Positions 1-9,235 of a stretch of 49,722 bases of DNA are shown here, one piece after another. The position numbers and the translations under genes are program-made. The DNA comes from Rubrivivax sp. (GTDB lineage Bacteria > Pseudomonadota > Gammaproteobacteria > Burkholderiales > Burkholderiaceae_C), in assembly GCA_035440985.1 (NCBI GenBank), contig DAORNK010000001.1, positions 1 through 49,722 of the forward strand, written 5' to 3'. The notes beneath the pieces are model-generated. The model searched no databases. It saw nothing but the letters and a program-made list of their open reading frames with translations, and was not told where the DNA came from. Position 1 is the first letter of the stretch. Each line of letters opens with the position of its first letter.

Positions 1-10
1 GGCCGGGGCT

Positions 11-625
11 TCAGTGCGGGTCCCCGTGCTCATGGCCGCAACCGGGGCCGTGCACATGCGGCGCCGGGGCCGCGCGCACACCGATGTTCAGCGGCCTGCC
101 ACGCGCTGGCGTGGCAGGCGCGGGGTGGCCGTGGGTGTGGTCGTGGGCGTGATCGTGGCCGTGCCCGCTGCCGGAGCCGTAGGCACCGGACTCGGGCTCG
201 AAGGGCAAGGTCTCTTCGCTGACCGTCAGGTGCATGGCGCGCAGCAGCTGGGCCAGCACGTGATCCGGTTCGAGCTGCAGGCGGTCGGCCTGCACTTCCA
301 GCTGCACGTGGCGGTTTCCCAGGTGGTAGGCAGCGCGCATCAGATCCAGCGGGCTGCCATGCTGGCTGCAGTGGCGCACCACCAGCAACGGCTGCGCCGC
401 GGCGTTGACGCGGATCAGCGAGCCATCTTCCGCCACCAGCACATCGCCTCCGCGCACGACCTGGCCACGCGGCAGGAAGACCCCCAACACGCGGCCGGTG
501 GAATCGGTGGCGTCAAAGCGGCTCTTCTGGCGCGTGTCCCAGGGCAGATCCACGCTGGCCGCCCGCTTGAGCAGCACGGCCGCCAGTCCGCGCCCCTGGG
601 GGATGAGTTTGTTGCAGGTAAGCAT
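11..625 (-). CDS. ureE: Urease accessory protein UreE (Ni chaperone)
   Basis: RQKSRF...LPRG..VRGGDVL and RAAYHLGNRHV motifs, PFEPESGAY, His-rich C-terminal tail. Start placed at ATG 625 (MLTCNKL), not the ORF-track start at 703. Confidence 0.93.
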   Translation of the reverse strand: MLTCNKLIPQGRGLAAVLLKRAASVDLPWDTRQKSRFDATDSTGRVLGVFLPRGQVVRGGDVLVAEDGSLIRVNAAAQPLLVVRHCSQHGSPLDLMRAAYHLGNRHVQLEVQADRLQLEPDHVLAQLLRAMHLTVSEETLPFEPESGAYGSGSGHGHDHAHDHTHGHPAPATPARGRPLNIGVRAAPAPHVHGPGCGHEHGDPH

Positions 626-810
626 GGCGGCATCGTAATGCGTGGCGCCGGGCGGTGGCGGTCCGTGCCCGAGTTGCCGATGGAAACGATTGAACCCACT
701 CAAGTGCAGGGGGCTGACTGCCGAGATAGGCAGTATGGTTCGAAGCCGTGGTGCTCGGCCCGCACGGCTGCCGTCGGTGCGAACCCAACCGATCGCCCTG
801 CACCTCTACG

Positions 811-3771
811 ATGCCACCTGATCCCCTGATCCGCCTGCCCGTGCTGCTTTGCGCCTTGTCGCTTGCCGGCCTGTCCGCCTGTGGTGGTGGAGGCGGCACG
901 GCGGCTCTCCCGGTGTCCCAGACCCCTCAGACGGTCGCAGCGGCGCCGGTGGTCGTCGACGTGGCGGCCGCCGGAGCTGTCGCCTCGACCAGCACGGCTG
1001 CCGACTTCGGCAATGTCGCCTGGCCGAGCAATACCGACACGGTGGGCACGGCGCGTGCGCTGGGCGTCAGCGCGAGTCTGGCGCTGGAAGGGGTGCCCGA
1101 GGCCCCCGTTGCGGCAGCGGCCAGCAGTGTCGACTCGACGGGACGGCAGTTTCACGTCGACGCATCGGCGGGCGACGACCAGCGCGATGGCCGTGCCCCG
1201 GTGCCGGGTATCGGCGCGGCCGGCCCCTGGCGGACGTTGGCGCGGTTGATGAGTGCCGGTCTGGCTCCAGGCGACACGGTGAACCTGGCCTGCGGCAGCG
1301 TGTGGCACGAGACCCTGCGCGTGCCAGCATCCGGCCAGGTTGACCTGCCCATCACGATCAGGGCCGCGCAATCGGGCTGCGCCGCACCGCCCACCGTGGA
1401 CGGCAGCCAGATCATCGAATCCACGGCCTGGGCCCGCCACGCGGGTCAGGTCTACCGGGCTACGCTGGCCTCTGCGCCCCTGCAACTGCAGGTGGCCAGC
1501 GGGCTGATGCACGTTGCGCACCACCCGAACCGGGGCCACGATGCGGCTGACCCGACATCACCCTGGGCCACGCTTGCCGCCGACGGCAACGTCGTGTCCG
1601 CCAACGGTCGCCTGGGCAGCACCGTACTCACCACCGGCAGCGACCTGGGCCTGCCCGCAGGCGCCACGCTGGGTGCCGGCACACGGGTGCGGGTGCGCAC
1701 CAACAGCTACATCATCGACGAAGCGGCCCTGGCTGCGGTCGAAAGCCCGCGTCTGACGCTGGCCGTGCCGACCAGCTATCCCGTGCGTGCTGGCTGGGGC
1801 TACCTGTTGATGGGCCAGGCCTGGATGCTGGACAGCCCCGGCGAGTGGCACTACGACACCACCAACCGGCAGTTGCTGGCCTGGATGCCCGACTCGGCAG
1901 CGCCGGCCGGCCCGGTGGCGGTGACGATGCTGGCCACGGGCGTGGATCTGGTGGGGCGCCAGCACGTGGTGCTGGACGGCATCTCGGTGCGCCGTGTGGG
2001 CACCGGCCTGCAATTGCGCAACAGCCTGGGCATCCAGGTCCGCAACTGTGTGGTGCAGGACATCGTGGACGCCGGCGCCGATGCCGCCAACAGCGTCCAA
2101 GCCCGATTCGAGTCCAACCAGTTCGGCCGCACCGGGCTCGACGCCATCGCCGGTCAGGCCACCGACACCGGCTACGCCATGCACATGACGGTGCGCAACA
2201 ACCTGGTAAGAGATGCCGGCGTCGTCATGCAGGGCGAGCAGGCCACCAATGTGCCACGCCGCAACTCGGCGGCCATCTCGCCGGGCGCCAACGCGGTCGT
2301 CACCGGCAATGCGGTAATCAACGCGGCCTACATCGGCATCTGGGCGCTCACCGCGAGTGAAATGACCGACAACTTCGTCTACGGGGCCTGCACCGTCATC
2401 GACGATTGTGCCGGCATCTACACCGGCGGGGCGGACAACCACTCACGCATCCTGCGCAACACGGTTGTGCACTCGCGTGGCGCGCCAGCGGGCAAGCCGG
2501 CCTCTGCGCGCGCACCGCAGGCGCAAGGCATCTATCTGGACGATCTGACATCGGGCGTGCTGGTCGAGGACAACACCGTGATCGACAACGACCACGGCAT
2601 CTTCCTGCACGTGGCCAACCGAAATACGGTGCGCAACAACCGTCTGTTCGGCAACCGTGTCAGCCAGATCTGGCTGCAGGAGACACCCACCAACGCCACC
2701 GGCGAGTTGTACGGCAACGTCATCGAAGGCAACCTGATTGCGCCGGTTTCGCCCCAGGCCGTGGGCCTGCTGCTGCAATCCAGCTACGCCAGCACGGCGG
2801 CCTTTGCGCGGTTCGACCGCAATCGCTACTACGACCGCGCGTCGGCCGCGGCGGTGGCGGCCAGTACCACCACCGGCAACTACCTGTACACGCTGAACCA
2901 GTGGCGGGCGACGCGCAACGTGGGTTCCACCGAACCGGTGGAAGCCCACGGCATCGCCGTCAGCGGTCTTGGCTACGCGGCCTCCCTGGTGTCAGGCGGC
3001 AACCTCGTGCCCAATGGTGACCTGGCCGGCGGACTGTCTGGATGGAGCACGTGGAATCAGACGGCACCCAGCGGCCGCGTCGTGCGCGAGGGGTGCGCCG
3101 TGGGCACCTGCGTGCGCTACACCGCCGGTGGCTCGCCGGGCGTGCTGGCCTCGCCCAACTTCACCGTCGTCAAGGGCCAGTGGTACCGCCTGACTCTGGA
3201 CATCGCCGCCGAGATCGACAACCAGGTCGTGCCGCTGGTGGTTCGCCGCGGCGGTGGCGGCAGCAACGGCTATGAATCCGTCAGCGATCGGTCGTTGTCT
3301 TTCACCGCCGGTCGCGGTTTCAGCCGGCACACGGTCCACTTCCAGGCCACCAAGACCATCGTCGCTGGCGACGCGCTCACCGGCGACCTGGGTGCTCGAG
3401 TGGACATCGACGGCATCACCAATGGCCAATCGGTCAGCCTGGCCAACCTGGAACTGGTCAGCATCACGCCCGACACGCTGACCCAGACCGTGGGGGCCCT
3501 GATCAACGTCGGCTCAGCATCCCTCTCGCAGGACTGCCCCTGGCGGGAGACCCAGGGCGCGTTGTGCAGCAAGCTGGTCAACCTGGCCGACGAGCAGCCC
3601 CTGTCCTGGCCCGTGCAGGTGGCAGCGCGCAGTGCGCTCATCGTCTACGCCCAGGAGCCAGGCCTGCTCGACAGTGACCGCGACGGCATTGCCGATGTCC
3701 AGGACGGTTGCCCGGACAGTCCGGCCGGGCTGGCGGTCAACGCCAGGGGCTGTGCGCTCCCACAGCGCTGA
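811..3771 (+). CDS. Large lipoprotein with right-handed parallel beta-helix (GH141/pectin-lyase-like), carbohydrate-binding-like domain and C-terminal TSP3-like Ca-binding motif
   Basis: Lipobox LSAC-GGGGG after a hydrophobic stretch. LDSPGEW, DDCAGIY and GIYLDD motifs with Asn-ladder repeats. NLVPNGDL...W start of a CBM-like domain. C-terminal DSDRDGIADVQDGCPDSP...GC. Confidence 0.75.
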   Translation: MPPDPLIRLPVLLCALSLAGLSACGGGGGTAALPVSQTPQTVAAAPVVVDVAAAGAVASTSTAADFGNVAWPSNTDTVGTARALGVSASLALEGVPEAPVAAAASSVDSTGRQFHVDASAGDDQRDGRAPVPGIGAAGPWRTLARLMSAGLAPGDTVNLACGSVWHETLRVPASGQVDLPITIRAAQSGCAAPPTVDGSQIIESTAWARHAGQVYRATLASAPLQLQVASGLMHVAHHPNRGHDAADPTSPWATLAADGNVVSANGRLGSTVLTTGSDLGLPAGATLGAGTRVRVRTNSYIIDEAALAAVESPRLTLAVPTSYPVRAGWGYLLMGQAWMLDSPGEWHYDTTNRQLLAWMPDSAAPAGPVAVTMLATGVDLVGRQHVVLDGISVRRVGTGLQLRNSLGIQVRNCVVQDIVDAGADAANSVQARFESNQFGRTGLDAIAGQATDTGYAMHMTVRNNLVRDAGVVMQGEQATNVPRRNSAAISPGANAVVTGNAVINAAYIGIWALTASEMTDNFVYGACTVIDDCAGIYTGGADNHSRILRNTVVHSRGAPAGKPASARAPQAQGIYLDDLTSGVLVEDNTVIDNDHGIFLHVANRNTVRNNRLFGNRVSQIWLQETPTNATGELYGNVIEGNLIAPVSPQAVGLLLQSSYASTAAFARFDRNRYYDRASAAAVAASTTTGNYLYTLNQWRATRNVGSTEPVEAHGIAVSGLGYAASLVSGGNLVPNGDLAGGLSGWSTWNQTAPSGRVVREGCAVGTCVRYTAGGSPGVLASPNFTVVKGQWYRLTLDIAAEIDNQVVPLVVRRGGGGSNGYESVSDRSLSFTAGRGFSRHTVHFQATKTIVAGDALTGDLGARVDIDGITNGQSVSLANLELVSITPDTLTQTVGALINVGSASLSQDCPWRETQGALCSKLVNLADEQPLSWPVQVAARSALIVYAQEPGLLDSDRDGIADVQDGCPDSPAGLAVNARGCALPQR

Positions 3772-3807
3772 CGGCGGTGCCAGCGGGGCCCGCATAGACT
3801 GCGCCGC

Positions 3808-4602
3808 ATGTCCATCCCACGCCAAGCTGCCACTGCGCCTGGCCGCCGTGTATTGCCCGTGCTGGGTGTACCGATCGACGCCATTTCCACCGCCGCTGCC
3901 GTGCAGCGCATCGCGGGCTGGGCGCAAGCCGGCGAGGCGCGCATCGTCTGCTGTTGCAACGCGCACTCGGTGGTCACGGCTGCGCAGGACGCCGGGTTCA
4001 TGCAGGTGCTGGGCCAGGCGGACCTCGCCACACCAGACGGCGCGCCGGTGGCCTGGATGCTCCGCCGCCTGGGTGTCGCCGGCCAGGGTCGCGTGAGTGG
4101 GCCGGATCTGATGCGGGACTATTGCGCGCACGCCGCCGCCCGAGGTGAGGGCCTCTTCCTCCTCGGCGGCACCCCGGACACGTTGCAGCGTCTGCAGGCA
4201 CGCCTGCGTGAACGCTGGCCCACCCTGCGCATCGCGGGTGCGCTGTCGCCACCCTTCAGGCCAATGCGTGAGGATGAGGACCGAGCCATCGTTCAGGTCA
4301 TCCGGGACAGTGGTGCCGGCACGGTCTGGGTAGGTCTGGGTTGCCCGCAGCAGGAACGCTGGATGGCCGCCCACCGGGCCAGTATTGCGGCCGTGCAGAT
4401 CGGGGTGGGCGCGGCTTTCGACTTCCATGCCGGCACCCTGCAGCGTGCACCGGTATGGATGCAGCGTTGCGGCCTGGAATGGCTGCACCGGTTGGCCAGC
4501 GAGCCCCGCCGCCTCTGGAGGCGATATCTGTGGACCAATACCGCCTTCATCTGGGGGGCCGTGAGGCAGATCGTGGGCCGATCCGCGGGCCGCAGGCCCT
4601 AG
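3808..4602 (+). CDS. WecB/TagA/CpsF family glycosyltransferase (GT26)
   Basis: NAHS, PDGAPV, RVSGPDLM, VWVGLGCPQQERW, GVGAAFDF, RAP.WMQR.GLEWL.RL..EPRRL motifs. Confidence 0.95.
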   Translation: MSIPRQAATAPGRRVLPVLGVPIDAISTAAAVQRIAGWAQAGEARIVCCCNAHSVVTAAQDAGFMQVLGQADLATPDGAPVAWMLRRLGVAGQGRVSGPDLMRDYCAHAAARGEGLFLLGGTPDTLQRLQARLRERWPTLRIAGALSPPFRPMREDEDRAIVQVIRDSGAGTVWVGLGCPQQERWMAAHRASIAAVQIGVGAAFDFHAGTLQRAPVWMQRCGLEWLHRLASEPRRLWRRYLWTNTAFIWGAVRQIVGRSAGRRP

Positions 4603-4656
4603 CATCGCGTGGCCCGTGCAGGCGCCTGCACGTCGGCAGATCTTCATGAGACCCTG

Positions 4657-5805
4657 ATGCCGACCCCTCTGTTCTCACGCCGGCACCGACCCCGCGTGCT
4701 GTTCGCCGAAACCCAGCTGCCGCACTACCGCGTGGCCTTTCTGGAAGCGCTTCGCGATTGGCTCGACGGCTATGGCGTCGAGTTCGACTTCATGCATGGC
4801 GAGGCCTCCCCTGGCCCGTCCGGACCGGGGGCGGCCTCCGTGCTGCCCTGGGCGCTGCGCATGCCGCCGGCCCGGCTGCAGGGCGGGCGCTGGCGATGGC
4901 AGCCGTTCCCCACGCGTGGCTACAAGCTGGTCATCGTGAGTCAGGAGAACGGTCTGCTCTACAACCATTGGCTGTGTCGGCCGTGGCGGGGCTTCAAGCT
5001 GGCCTTCTTCGGCCACGGTGCCAATCTCGGCTCCAAGCACCGCAACGGCTGGCGCGAACGTTTCAAGCGGCTGACCACGTTGCGCGCCGATTGGTGGTTT
5101 GCCTACACGGGCCTGAGCCAGCGGCTCGTGCTGGAGGCGGGATTCCCGGCCGACCGCATCACCCGTGTCAACAATGCCAGCGATTCCGAGAGCCTGCGCG
5201 AGACAATCGCGGCCTTGCCCGAAGAGCGGATTCGGGCGCTGCGTCAGAAGCATGAGCTGACTGTGGGTCACACAGGGCTCTTCCTGGGTTCGATGTACCG
5301 CGGCAAGGGCCTGGGCCTGCTGCTGCGCTCGGCGCAGCTTGTGTACCGGCGTGACCCCAGCTTTCGACTGCTGATGGTGGGCGACGGACCAGCGCGGGCC
5401 CAGACCGAGGCATCGGCGGCGGCGATGCCCTATGTGCGCTGGCTGGGAGCCCTGCACGGCGACGAGAAGGCTGCGGTGATGGCCGTTTGCGATTTTCTGC
5501 TGTTGCCTGGTGCCGTCGGGCTGGCGATCGTCGATGCCTTTGCGGCGGGGCTGCCGACGCTGACTACAGACGCCATCGGTCACGGTCCGGAGATCGCCTA
5601 CCTGGAACCGGGCCGTAATGGCGAGATCACGCGGGCCCGGGCGCAGCCCTATTCGCAGGCCATCCTCGATCTGATGCGCGATCCAAAGCGCCTGGCCGGC
5701 TGGCGCGAACAGGCAGCCGCCGATGGCCAGCTCTACACGGTGCAGTCGATGGCCAACCGCTTCGGTCAGGGCATCCTGGACGCCCTGACGAGAACCCAGA
5801 GCTGA
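4657..5805 (+). CDS. Glycosyltransferase family 4
   Basis: PHYRV N-terminus, FLGSMYRGKGL, VGDGP, GLAIVDAFAAGLP, HGPEIAYL. Confidence 0.88.
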   Translation: MPTPLFSRRHRPRVLFAETQLPHYRVAFLEALRDWLDGYGVEFDFMHGEASPGPSGPGAASVLPWALRMPPARLQGGRWRWQPFPTRGYKLVIVSQENGLLYNHWLCRPWRGFKLAFFGHGANLGSKHRNGWRERFKRLTTLRADWWFAYTGLSQRLVLEAGFPADRITRVNNASDSESLRETIAALPEERIRALRQKHELTVGHTGLFLGSMYRGKGLGLLLRSAQLVYRRDPSFRLLMVGDGPARAQTEASAAAMPYVRWLGALHGDEKAAVMAVCDFLLLPGAVGLAIVDAFAAGLPTLTTDAIGHGPEIAYLEPGRNGEITRARAQPYSQAILDLMRDPKRLAGWREQAAADGQLYTVQSMANRFGQGILDALTRTQS

Positions 5806-5813
5806 GTTCCTCG

Positions 5814-6554
5814 ATGTGGTTCACCACTTCCTGGGACGACGGACATCCGCTGGATCGCAAGTTGGCGGACCTGTTGGCCCGGCACGGCATCGCCGGCACC
5901 TTCTACTGCCCGCTGCAGAACGCCGAAGGCCTGCCGGTGATGGGTGCGGCCGATCTGCGCGCGCTGGATGCCAGTGACGGGGCCTTCGAGATCGGCTCGC
6001 ATACGCGGGACCACGCCTACGCATCGCGTCTGACCACGGCCGACTGGGAACGGCAGGTGGTGCAAGGCAAACAGCAGCTCGAGGACCGACTGGGCCATCC
6101 GGTGGCGGGCTTCTGTTATCCGGGCGGGGAGTGCCCGCCGGGGGCGGGGCGGCTGGTGGCTGCCGCCGGTTTTGCCTACGCACGCACGACCGTGAATCTG
6201 CGCAACGATTGCGGCAACGACCCCTTTGCCGTGCCCACCTCGCTGCAGTGTTATCCCCACCGGCGTACCGTGCTGCTGCGCAACTACCTGCGCCACGGCG
6301 CATGGCGCCGGCGTGCACCGCTGGCCGCCGCCTGCCTGGCCAGTGCCGGTCTGGAGACCCGCTTGCATCGCGCGCTGGCGACCTGCCTGCACAGCGGCGG
6401 GGGCTTCCACCTATGGGGTCACTCCTGGGAAATCGAGGCACTGGCACTGTGGCCGGTGCTGGACCGCTTCCTGGCGACCGTGGCGGCCCGTGTGCCGGCC
6501 GCAGCACGGTTGACGAACACGGGTGTTCTGCGCCGGCAGGGGCTGTTGGCATGA
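5814..6554 (+). CDS. Polysaccharide deacetylase (CE4/NodB-like)
   Basis: TTSWDDG, EIGSHT.DH, FCYPGG, HLWGHSWEI motifs. Confidence 0.9.
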   Translation: MWFTTSWDDGHPLDRKLADLLARHGIAGTFYCPLQNAEGLPVMGAADLRALDASDGAFEIGSHTRDHAYASRLTTADWERQVVQGKQQLEDRLGHPVAGFCYPGGECPPGAGRLVAAAGFAYARTTVNLRNDCGNDPFAVPTSLQCYPHRRTVLLRNYLRHGAWRRRAPLAAACLASAGLETRLHRALATCLHSGGGFHLWGHSWEIEALALWPVLDRFLATVAARVPAAARLTNTGVLRRQGLLA

Positions 6555-7717
6555 AGGTGCTGGTCGTGCACAACGCCTACCAGCAGCGAGGCGGCGAGGA
6601 CGCGGTCGTCGATGACGAATGCAGGCTGTTGACCGAACATGGCCACGACGTGCGCTGCTACCTGCGGCACAACGATGAATTGGACCTGCTACCACGCTGG
6701 CGTGCTGCGGTGGACGCCATCTGGTCCGCGCGCAGCTATCGTGACGTGGCGGCCCTCATGGCACAGTCCCGGCCCGATGTGGTGCACGTGCACAACACGT
6801 TGGCGCGGGTTTCGCCGGCCGTGATCTGGGCTGCGGCCAGGGCCCAGGTGGCCGTGGTGGTCACCCTGCACAACGCCCGTCTGGCGTGCCTGGAAGGCAC
6901 CCTGCTGCGCGCCGGCCAAACCTGCACCGACTGCCTGGGCCACCTGCCCTGGCGCGGTGTGCTGCACGCCTGTTATCGCGGGTCGCGCTGGCAGTCGGGC
7001 GTGCTGGCGGCTTCGACCATCACCCACCGCGCGCTGGGGACCTGGCGCAATCGGGTTCAGCGGTTCATCGCGCTGGATGCGGCCAGCGTGCCGGGTTTCG
7101 TCGCTGCCGGCCTGCCCTCGCAGCGCATTCGTGTGCGACCCAATTTCGCATGGCCCGTGGCCGCGGAAGACACGGTGCAGCGCCACGGTGGCCTGTACGT
7201 GGGTCGACTGGCGCCCGAAAAGGGTGTGCGCGTGCTGGCGCAGGCCCTGCAAAGGCTGCCTGGCCTGCCCCTGGAGGTGATCGGCGAGGGCCCCGAAAAA
7301 GAAGTGCTGCAACAAGCCGGTGCCACCCTGCTTGGAGCCTTGCCGCCAGCCGAAGTCCAGCGCCGCATGCGGCGTGCCGCCTACCTGGTGATTCCGAGCA
7401 TCACGCAGGAGCAGTTTCCCCGCGTGCTGGCCGAGGCTTTCGCGGCTGGCCTGCCCGTGCTGGCTGCGGCGAAGGGGTCGTTGGCCAACCTGGTGGAACC
7501 GGGCCGCACGGGCCTGCACCACCGGCCCGGCGACGTCGCCGGGTTGGCCGAGTCGCTGGCCTGGGCACAGGCGCATCCCCGGGAACTCGCGACGATGGGT
7601 GAGGCGGCGCGGGCCATCCATGCGCAGCGCTACGCACCCGAAGCGGCCCACCGCAGCCTGCTGGAGATCTACGCCGAGGCCCTCGCATTGACGACCCGTA
7701 CCACGCCGGGCGTCTGA
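6551..7717 (+). CDS. Glycosyltransferase family 4
   Basis: MKVLVVHNAYQQRGGED, HVHN, YVGRLAPEKG, EQFPRVLAEAFAAGLP. ATGA overlap with the deacetylase stop fixes the start at 6551. Confidence 0.92.
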   Translation: MKVLVVHNAYQQRGGEDAVVDDECRLLTEHGHDVRCYLRHNDELDLLPRWRAAVDAIWSARSYRDVAALMAQSRPDVVHVHNTLARVSPAVIWAAARAQVAVVVTLHNARLACLEGTLLRAGQTCTDCLGHLPWRGVLHACYRGSRWQSGVLAASTITHRALGTWRNRVQRFIALDAASVPGFVAAGLPSQRIRVRPNFAWPVAAEDTVQRHGGLYVGRLAPEKGVRVLAQALQRLPGLPLEVIGEGPEKEVLQQAGATLLGALPPAEVQRRMRRAAYLVIPSITQEQFPRVLAEAFAAGLPVLAAAKGSLANLVEPGRTGLHHRPGDVAGLAESLAWAQAHPRELATMGEAARAIHAQRYAPEAAHRSLLEIYAEALALTTRTTPGV

Positions 7718-7730
7718 GGGTAGCCCAGGT

Positions 7731-8111
7731 TCACGCCTGCCAGACACCAAGACCCGCTTCCCGCAGGCCGATCGCCAGCTCCACCTCCATCTCGCACGCG
7801 GCTCGATAGGGCATCGGGTTGTAGACCTCGTACAACGCCGGCAGCAGTCGCAGGCCGTACTGCATCACGAAGCGGTTGGCCTGAATGCCGGCCTTGTGCT
7901 TGTCCAGGCGCAAGTCCGGGTCCAGCCCGGTCATGCCGACGTAGACGAAGGGCTTGCCCATCTGGTAGCCCGGGTTGGCGCGGCGGAAACGGGGTTCGTT
8001 CCAGACCTGGTCGGCCAGCTCGACCACGTAGACATGGTAGTGGTGACGTCGTGGACGGCGGCCGGCGCAGGCGGGCGCCCGCTGGCCGTCCGGGACGGCG
8101 CTTCGTTTCAT
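7731..8111 (-). CDS. Small hypothetical protein with GIY-YIG-like signature
   Basis: HVYVVEL...VYVGMT...R..KH..G...EMEVEL pattern. ATG at 8111 overlaps the upstream GT stop (TGATG). Confidence 0.7.
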   Translation of the reverse strand: MKRSAVPDGQRAPACAGRRPRRHHYHVYVVELADQVWNEPRFRRANPGYQMGKPFVYVGMTGLDPDLRLDKHKAGIQANRFVMQYGLRLLPALYEVYNPMPYRAACEMEVELAIGLREAGLGVWQA

Positions 8112-9235
8112 CAACCGCAGTATGCCGTGCGCAACGCGCGCACCGTGAGGTGCCACTGTCGCGCGGCTGCATGGGAGCGAATGGAATCGGCGGCAAACTC
8201 ATCGCGCCGGGCTTCAAAGTCCAGCAAGGCCCGCACCAGGGCGTCGGTGCGGCCGGCATCGAAGCCGACGCCCAGCGGTGGCGCGACCTCGTCGGCAAGG
8301 GCGCCGACCCGTGCGGCGATCACCGGCACCCCATGACGCATCGCCTGGAAACGCACGCCGCTCTCGTCGATGCGCCGATAGGGCAGTACCAGGGCGTCGG
8401 CCTGCGCCAGCAGCGGCGGCACCTCGTCCTCCGGCACATAGCCGTCGTGCCAGGTGATACGCGCAGCGGCGGGGTGGCGGTCCAGTTGCGCCAGGATCTG
8501 ACGACGCAGGCGGTCATCCCGGCAATGGCCGGCGATGTGCAGCGCAAAGCGCGGTGGCAACTCGCGCAATGCATCGAGCAGCAGGTCCAGGCCCTTGTAG
8601 GGCGACAGGTTGCCGAAGGCCAGCAGACGCAGCGGGCCGTCGGCTGCAACGGCTGGACGCGGCCCCTGCACTGGTGGCAGCGGCTCCACCCCGTGCGGCA
8701 TGAGCACGATGCGCACGCGCGGCACCGCGTGTTCCCGCGTGAGCTCTTCTGCCATCCGTGCGGTGTGCACCACGCACACGTGAGCCAACCGGTAGGCGCG
8801 GCCATAGGCGCGGACCTGGGAAGGGCGGTGCGCCTCGTGCGGACGCAGGTTGTGCACGGTCAGCACGTATCGGCGTGCCGTCAGGCGCAGCCACAGGCCC
8901 TGCCAGGTGCCGGCCAGCCAGGTTGGCTCGATCAGCCCGAACATGTGCACCACCGCAGGTCGATGCCGGGCCAGCCAGATGCCGAGCCGCAGGTGGTAGC
9001 GCATCAGATTCAGCGCCTTGGCCCAGACGGGCCGCCCAGGCGACTGGCTGCCGCGCAGATTGATGGCACGCACGGCCGGGTGCAGTGTTTGTACGAGGCT
9101 GAGATCTGAAGTGACCAGCGTCACGCGGGCCCCCTGGGCTGCCAGGCCATTGGCGAAGCCACGTTCGTAGTTGGGCTGGAAGCCGCCGGAGATCAGCACC
9201 ACCTCCACGTCGGCCAGGGCAAGCGGCTCGTTCAT
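8111..9235 (-). CDS. Glycosyltransferase family 4
   Basis: TVHNLRPHE, PHG, FGNLSPYKGLDLL, LPY..IDESGV, GVPVIA..VG. ATGA overlap with the upstream GT2 stop. Confidence 0.9.
   Translation of the reverse strand: MNEPLALADVEVVLISGGFQPNYERGFANGLAAQGARVTLVTSDLSLVQTLHPAVRAINLRGSQSPGRPVWAKALNLMRYHLRLGIWLARHRPAVVHMFGLIEPTWLAGTWQGLWLRLTARRYVLTVHNLRPHEAHRPSQVRAYGRAYRLAHVCVVHTARMAEELTREHAVPRVRIVLMPHGVEPLPPVQGPRPAVAADGPLRLLAFGNLSPYKGLDLLLDALRELPPRFALHIAGHCRDDRLRRQILAQLDRHPAAARITWHDGYVPEDEVPPLLAQADALVLPYRRIDESGVRFQAMRHGVPVIAARVGALADEVAPPLGVGFDAGRTDALVRALLDFEARRDEFAADSIRSHAAARQWHLTVRALRTAYCG

Noticed and set aside
640-683. GTTGCCGATGG resembling the 3' end of a c-di-GMP-I riboswitch
   Set aside because: No upstream GGCAAA or GNRA-capped P2 elements.
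6131-6550. N-terminal extension of the 528-aa GT4 ORF (likewise the extended starts of epsI, epsG, secA, M23 and argJ)
   Set aside because: The extensions overlap real upstream genes or spacers; stop/start overlaps and family N-termini fix later starts.
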